Below, in pieces: positions 28,749 to 32,000 of a DNA stretch of 32,000 bases. Every line of letters begins with the position of its first letter. Within the stretch, counting starts at the first letter, position 1. The notes under the pieces are model-generated. The model was not told the DNA's origin. It did not search any database and worked only from the letters and a program-made list of their open reading frames with translations. Origin of the DNA: Candidatus Saccharimonadota bacterium (GTDB lineage Bacteria > Bacteroidota > Bacteroidia > Flavobacteriales > Blattabacteriaceae); contig NZ_CP059223.1 of the NCBI RefSeq assembly GCF_014252415.1, forward strand, positions 1-32,000, given 5' to 3'. The position numbers were made by a program, and so were the translations under genes.

Positions 28749-29426
28749 TTATTTATTTTTTTTTCCAAGTAATACTTCATCTATCATCCCATATTCTTTA
28801 GCTTCTATAGAATTCATCCAATAATCTCTATCTGAATCTTTTTCAATTTTTTCAATTGGTACACCTGAATGATTAGATATTATTTCATAAAGTTCCTTTT
28901 TTAATTTTAATATTTCACGAAATTTAATTTCAATATCTGATACTTGTCCATATGTACCACCTATAGGTTGATGAATCATTATTCTAGAATGTTTTAATGA
29001 AGATCTCTTCTTTTTTGCCCCAGAACATAATAATATAGCTGCCATAGATGCCGCAACACCGGTACAAATTGTTGATACATCAGGACTAACTATTTGCATA
29101 GTATCATACACGCCTAATCCTGCATAAACTTCTCCTCCAGGAGAATTAATATAAATTTGAATATCTTTTTTAGGATCTATAGATTGTAAAAATAATAGTT
29201 GTGCTTGTATAATATTAGCTATTTGATCTTCTATTGGAGTACCTAAAAAAATAATACGGTCCATCATTAAACGAGAAAAAACGTCCATTTGCGCAATATT
29301 TAACTTTCTTTCCTCTACAATATAAGGTGTTGTTAATTTTAAATACTCGTCTATTTTTAAACTGTTAATTTTCTTATGTTTTACTGCATATTTTATAAAT
29401 TCTTTTGAATCTTTTTTATAATTCAT
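28749..29426 (-). CDS. clpP: ATP-dependent Clp protease proteolytic subunit
   Basis: 225 aa with catalytic contexts GVAASMAA (Ser), IMIHQP (His) and DSDRDYWM (Asp). Confidence 0.95.
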   Translation of the reverse strand: MNYKKDSKEFIKYAVKHKKINSLKIDEYLKLTTPYIVEERKLNIAQMDVFSRLMMDRIIFLGTPIEDQIANIIQAQLLFLQSIDPKKDIQIYINSPGGEVYAGLGVYDTMQIVSPDVSTICTGVAASMAAILLCSGAKKKRSSLKHSRIMIHQPIGGTYGQVSDIEIKFREILKLKKELYEIISNHSGVPIEKIEKDSDRDYWMNSIEAKEYGMIDEVLLGKKNK

Positions 29427-29524
29427 TTATGTTCATTTTAATAAAAACTTTTATAAAGTTACTTAATAATTAGTGTTTTTTTTTGTATGTAATACTTTGT
29501 TAAAAATATAAAATTTAATTTAAA

Positions 29525-30991
29525 TTGTATAAAAAATTAGTATTACAAACATTTATTTATTCTATAGGACTAATTTTACCAAAATTAATAAATTATATCT
29601 TTATAAGATTTTTTACTTTTTCGTTAAAAAGAGAAGAATTTTCTATTTATACAGATATGTATTCCATGTCTTTTTTAATTATAGGATTTCTTTCTTTTGG
29701 ATTAGAAAATACTTATTTTAGATTCTTATATAAAAAAAATTATAATAAAAATATTGTTTTTTCTACTACTATAATTATACAATTATTTATTATTTTTATA
29801 TTCTCTATTATATCCATAAATTTTTTAAAAAAATTAATCCATTTTACTGGATATTCAAATCATCCTGAATACTTTATCATGTTTTTTTTTATAATAATAT
29901 TTGATACTATATGTGCATTACCTATGTCGTGGATACGTATTAATGAGAAACCTATGTTATATATATTTATTAATATCGTTACTATGATAACACAATCATT
30001 ATTTACATTATATATGTTTTTTTGCAACAAAAATTATATTTTTATGGAAAAAAAAATTTATATAATAAGTTTATATAATTTTATTAATAATATTACGAAT
30101 AAAACAGGATATATATTTGTTTCAAATGTAATTTCTTCTTTTGTTAATTTTATATTAGTAATTCCTATTTTAATAAAAAAAGTAAAAATATCTAATTTTA
30201 GAACATCTATTGCAAAAGAAATAATTAATTATAGTATACCTATTATGTTTGGGACAATATCTTTTTCTGTTAATGAAAACTTAGATAAGATTTTAATCAA
30301 AAGATGGGTTTCAGACGAAATTAATGGTGCTTATTCTGCATGCTATAAAATAGCATCTTTTATGAATTTATATATGAGAATATTTCGTTTAGGAATTGAA
30401 CCTTTTTTTTTCAAAAAATCTAATGATTCTAATGCAAAATATTATTATGAAGATATTACCTATTTATTTATTTTATTTGGATTGATCTTTTATGTTATAA
30501 TATGTGGAAATATACAATTCGTGAAAGATTTTTTAATAAATAAAAAATATCATGTTACAATATCTATTGTACCTATTATTATGATAGGTAATCTATTTTT
30601 AGGGATATACACAAATATATCAATTATTTATAAAATTATGAATAAACCTTTTGTAGGGACTTATATATCTTTAGTTGGAGTATTAATTACATTATTATTT
30701 AGTATTATTTTTATGATTTATCCAAATAAAAATAATTTTTTAATTCCTGCTTGGGGAACATTTATGTCTTATGGATCTATGTTACTAATTTTATTTTTTT
30801 GGAATAAAAAAAATATTAAAAAATTTTGTAAAAATATAAATAATGTATTGCTTCATTTTTTTGTTGCTATTATACTTGTATATATAATGAATAAAAATCG
30901 AATATTGGAAATTAATTTTATTATTCAAATATTATATTTAATAATTATTTTTTTATATGAAAGAAAAAAATTATTGAATTTAATTAAGTAA
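29525..30991 (+). CDS. MOP-superfamily flippase (Wzx/MurJ-like polysaccharide biosynthesis protein)
   Basis: 488-aa polytopic membrane protein with many hydrophobic segments. The N-terminal pattern (IYSIGLILPKLINYIFIRFFT...EFSIYTDMYS...GLENTYFRF) is typical of the conserved Bacteroidota oligosaccharide flippase family. TTG start at 29525. Confidence 0.7.
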   Translation: MYKKLVLQTFIYSIGLILPKLINYIFIRFFTFSLKREEFSIYTDMYSMSFLIIGFLSFGLENTYFRFLYKKNYNKNIVFSTTIIIQLFIIFIFSIISINFLKKLIHFTGYSNHPEYFIMFFFIIIFDTICALPMSWIRINEKPMLYIFINIVTMITQSLFTLYMFFCNKNYIFMEKKIYIISLYNFINNITNKTGYIFVSNVISSFVNFILVIPILIKKVKISNFRTSIAKEIINYSIPIMFGTISFSVNENLDKILIKRWVSDEINGAYSACYKIASFMNLYMRIFRLGIEPFFFKKSNDSNAKYYYEDITYLFILFGLIFYVIICGNIQFVKDFLINKKYHVTISIVPIIMIGNLFLGIYTNISIIYKIMNKPFVGTYISLVGVLITLLFSIIFMIYPNKNNFLIPAWGTFMSYGSMLLILFFWNKKNIKKFCKNINNVLLHFFVAIILVYIMNKNRILEINFIIQILYLIIIFLYERKKLLNLIK

Positions 30992-30996
30992 AAAAA

Positions 30997-31359
30997 ATGA
31001 ATAATATCTTTAATATTTTTCCTAAAAAAATTTATAATATGAATGGCTTAATTTTTTTAAGTTCATTGAATAGAAAATCTATATCAACAGGTTTTTTCAT
31101 TTCATTAAATGTTTTTAATAAATACTTTTTTTTTTTAAAAAAAGTATTTATTAAAACTTTTTGTATTATTCACATAACAAAATATATGGAAATTAAAATA
31201 ATTATTATTAATATTTCTTATAAAAGAATTCTTATTTATCCAAAAGATAAAATAGGAACAATAAATTTTGTTGTTAAAACAAATATTAATTGGAAACCTT
31301 CATTTATTCTTAATGATAGCAAAAGAGGAACAAAATGTTTTGGAAGTACTGGAATATAA
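30997..31359 (+). CDS. dUTPase-like ORF with eroded catalytic motifs (function doubtful)
   Basis: The 120-aa ORF is colinear by eye with trimeric dUTPase. It retains the motif V-like C-terminus SKRGTKCFGSTGI, and STGFFISL resembles the conserved KTGLxIEL strand. Motifs I (AGxDL -> NGLIF), II (RPRSG -> FLKKV) and III (IDxDYRGE -> IIHITKYMEI) have lost their key residues. Its position between the flippase and nucleotidyltransferase genes fits the usual flavobacterial dut neighbourhood. Confidence 0.5.
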   Translation: MNNIFNIFPKKIYNMNGLIFLSSLNRKSISTGFFISLNVFNKYFFFLKKVFIKTFCIIHITKYMEIKIIIINISYKRILIYPKDKIGTINFVVKTNINWKPSFILNDSKRGTKCFGSTGI

Positions 31360-31371
31360 TAAATTAATATA

Positions 31372-32000
31372 ATGAAAATTTTAATCCCTATTGCAGGAAA
31401 AGGTGTACGTCTTTATCCACATACTTTATGCACTCCTAAATCTTTTATTTCTATTGTTGGAAAATCCATCTTAAAAAGATTATTAGACGAATTATTTGAA
31501 TTAATAAAATATTTTTCAGTAAAGGAAATTATATTCATAATACGTCCTAATGAACAAAAAAATAAAATAGAAGAAAACTTAAAAAAGTTAACATATGATA
31601 TGGGAATATCTTATACTATTTATTATCAAGAAATCCCTCTTGGAACCGCGGATGCTATTTTAAAAGCAAAGGAATCTCTTGTTGGTCCTATAATTATAGT
31701 ATTTTCTGATTCGTTATTTCATAAAATTTCTTTTAAAAAAAAAATTCACAAATTTTCTGAAAATATTATATGGACAAAAAAAGTATCAGATCCTCATTCT
31801 TTTGGTGTAGTAAAATGTAACTCTTATGGAAAAATTATAAATTTTATAGAAAAACCAAAATATTTTATTTCTGATTTAGCCATTGTTGGTTTATATTACT
31901 TTAATAGTGGATTAACTCTAAAAAAAGAATTACAATATTTAATAGATAATGATATAAAGAATAATAAAGAATATCAATTAACCTCTGTATTAGAAAATAT
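31372..32000 (+). CDS. Sugar-phosphate nucleotidyltransferase (NTP_transferase family), 5' partial, runs off the window
   Basis: ATG at 31372, with the frame open to the window end. It is not in the ORF track because no stop is reached. N-terminal motif MKILIPIAGKGVRLYPHTLCTPKSFISIVGKSIL (GxGxR...PK), followed by YYQEIPLGTADAIL and FGVVKCNSYGKIINFIEKP. Confidence 0.78.
   Translation, partial: MKILIPIAGKGVRLYPHTLCTPKSFISIVGKSILKRLLDELFELIKYFSVKEIIFIIRPNEQKNKIEENLKKLTYDMGISYTIYYQEIPLGTADAILKAKESLVGPIIIVFSDSLFHKISFKKKIHKFSENIIWTKKVSDPHSFGVVKCNSYGKIINFIEKPKYFISDLAIVGLYYFNSGLTLKKELQYLIDNDIKNNKEYQLTSVLEN

Overview
This window is extremely AT-rich (roughly 20% G+C by eye), tightly packed and contains only housekeeping genes. 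It reads like the core chromosome of a genome-reduced Bacteroidota (Flavobacteriia-type) insect endosymbiont, Blattabacterium-like; the exact taxon cannot be determined from the sequence alone. I can support 26 protein-coding loci, a 3-tRNA cluster (Ser-GCU, Pro-UGG, Arg-UCU) and a tmRNA that the ORF track misses. The protein genes are: nusA-infB-aspS, ppa, a 2-oxoacid dehydrogenase E2, nnr, lnt, the complete elongasome block mreB-mreC-mreD-mrdA-rodA, folK, an OstA-like protein, a class-III aminotransferase, truA, a surA-like gene, lptB, thiamine pyrophosphokinase, mdh, gcvP, tsaD, clpP, a MOP-family flippase, a dut-like ORF and a partial sugar nucleotidyltransferase. I see no mobile elements, CRISPR arrays, defence islands, toxin-antitoxin pairs or long unexplained intergenic space. 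I do not find a novel multi-gene system and will not claim one. Four things deserve a second look. (1) Three genes (folK, thiamine pyrophosphokinase, the OstA-like gene) are each broken at a long homopolymer (A14, A10, T10) that is exactly one nucleotide short of being in frame, while both halves keep their conserved motifs. This means either slippage-rescued expression, as described in other AT-rich endosymbionts, or systematic homopolymer under-calling in the assembly. (2) lnt lies directly behind ssrA on the same strand. Its only ATG sits inside the tmRNA tRNA-like domain, so it probably starts at ATA or ATT. (3) The dut-like ORF is colinear with dUTPase but keeps only motif V. (4) Genes are extremely compacted: shared TTAA stops, a tRNA abutting a stop codon, and 20-32 nt gene overlaps.
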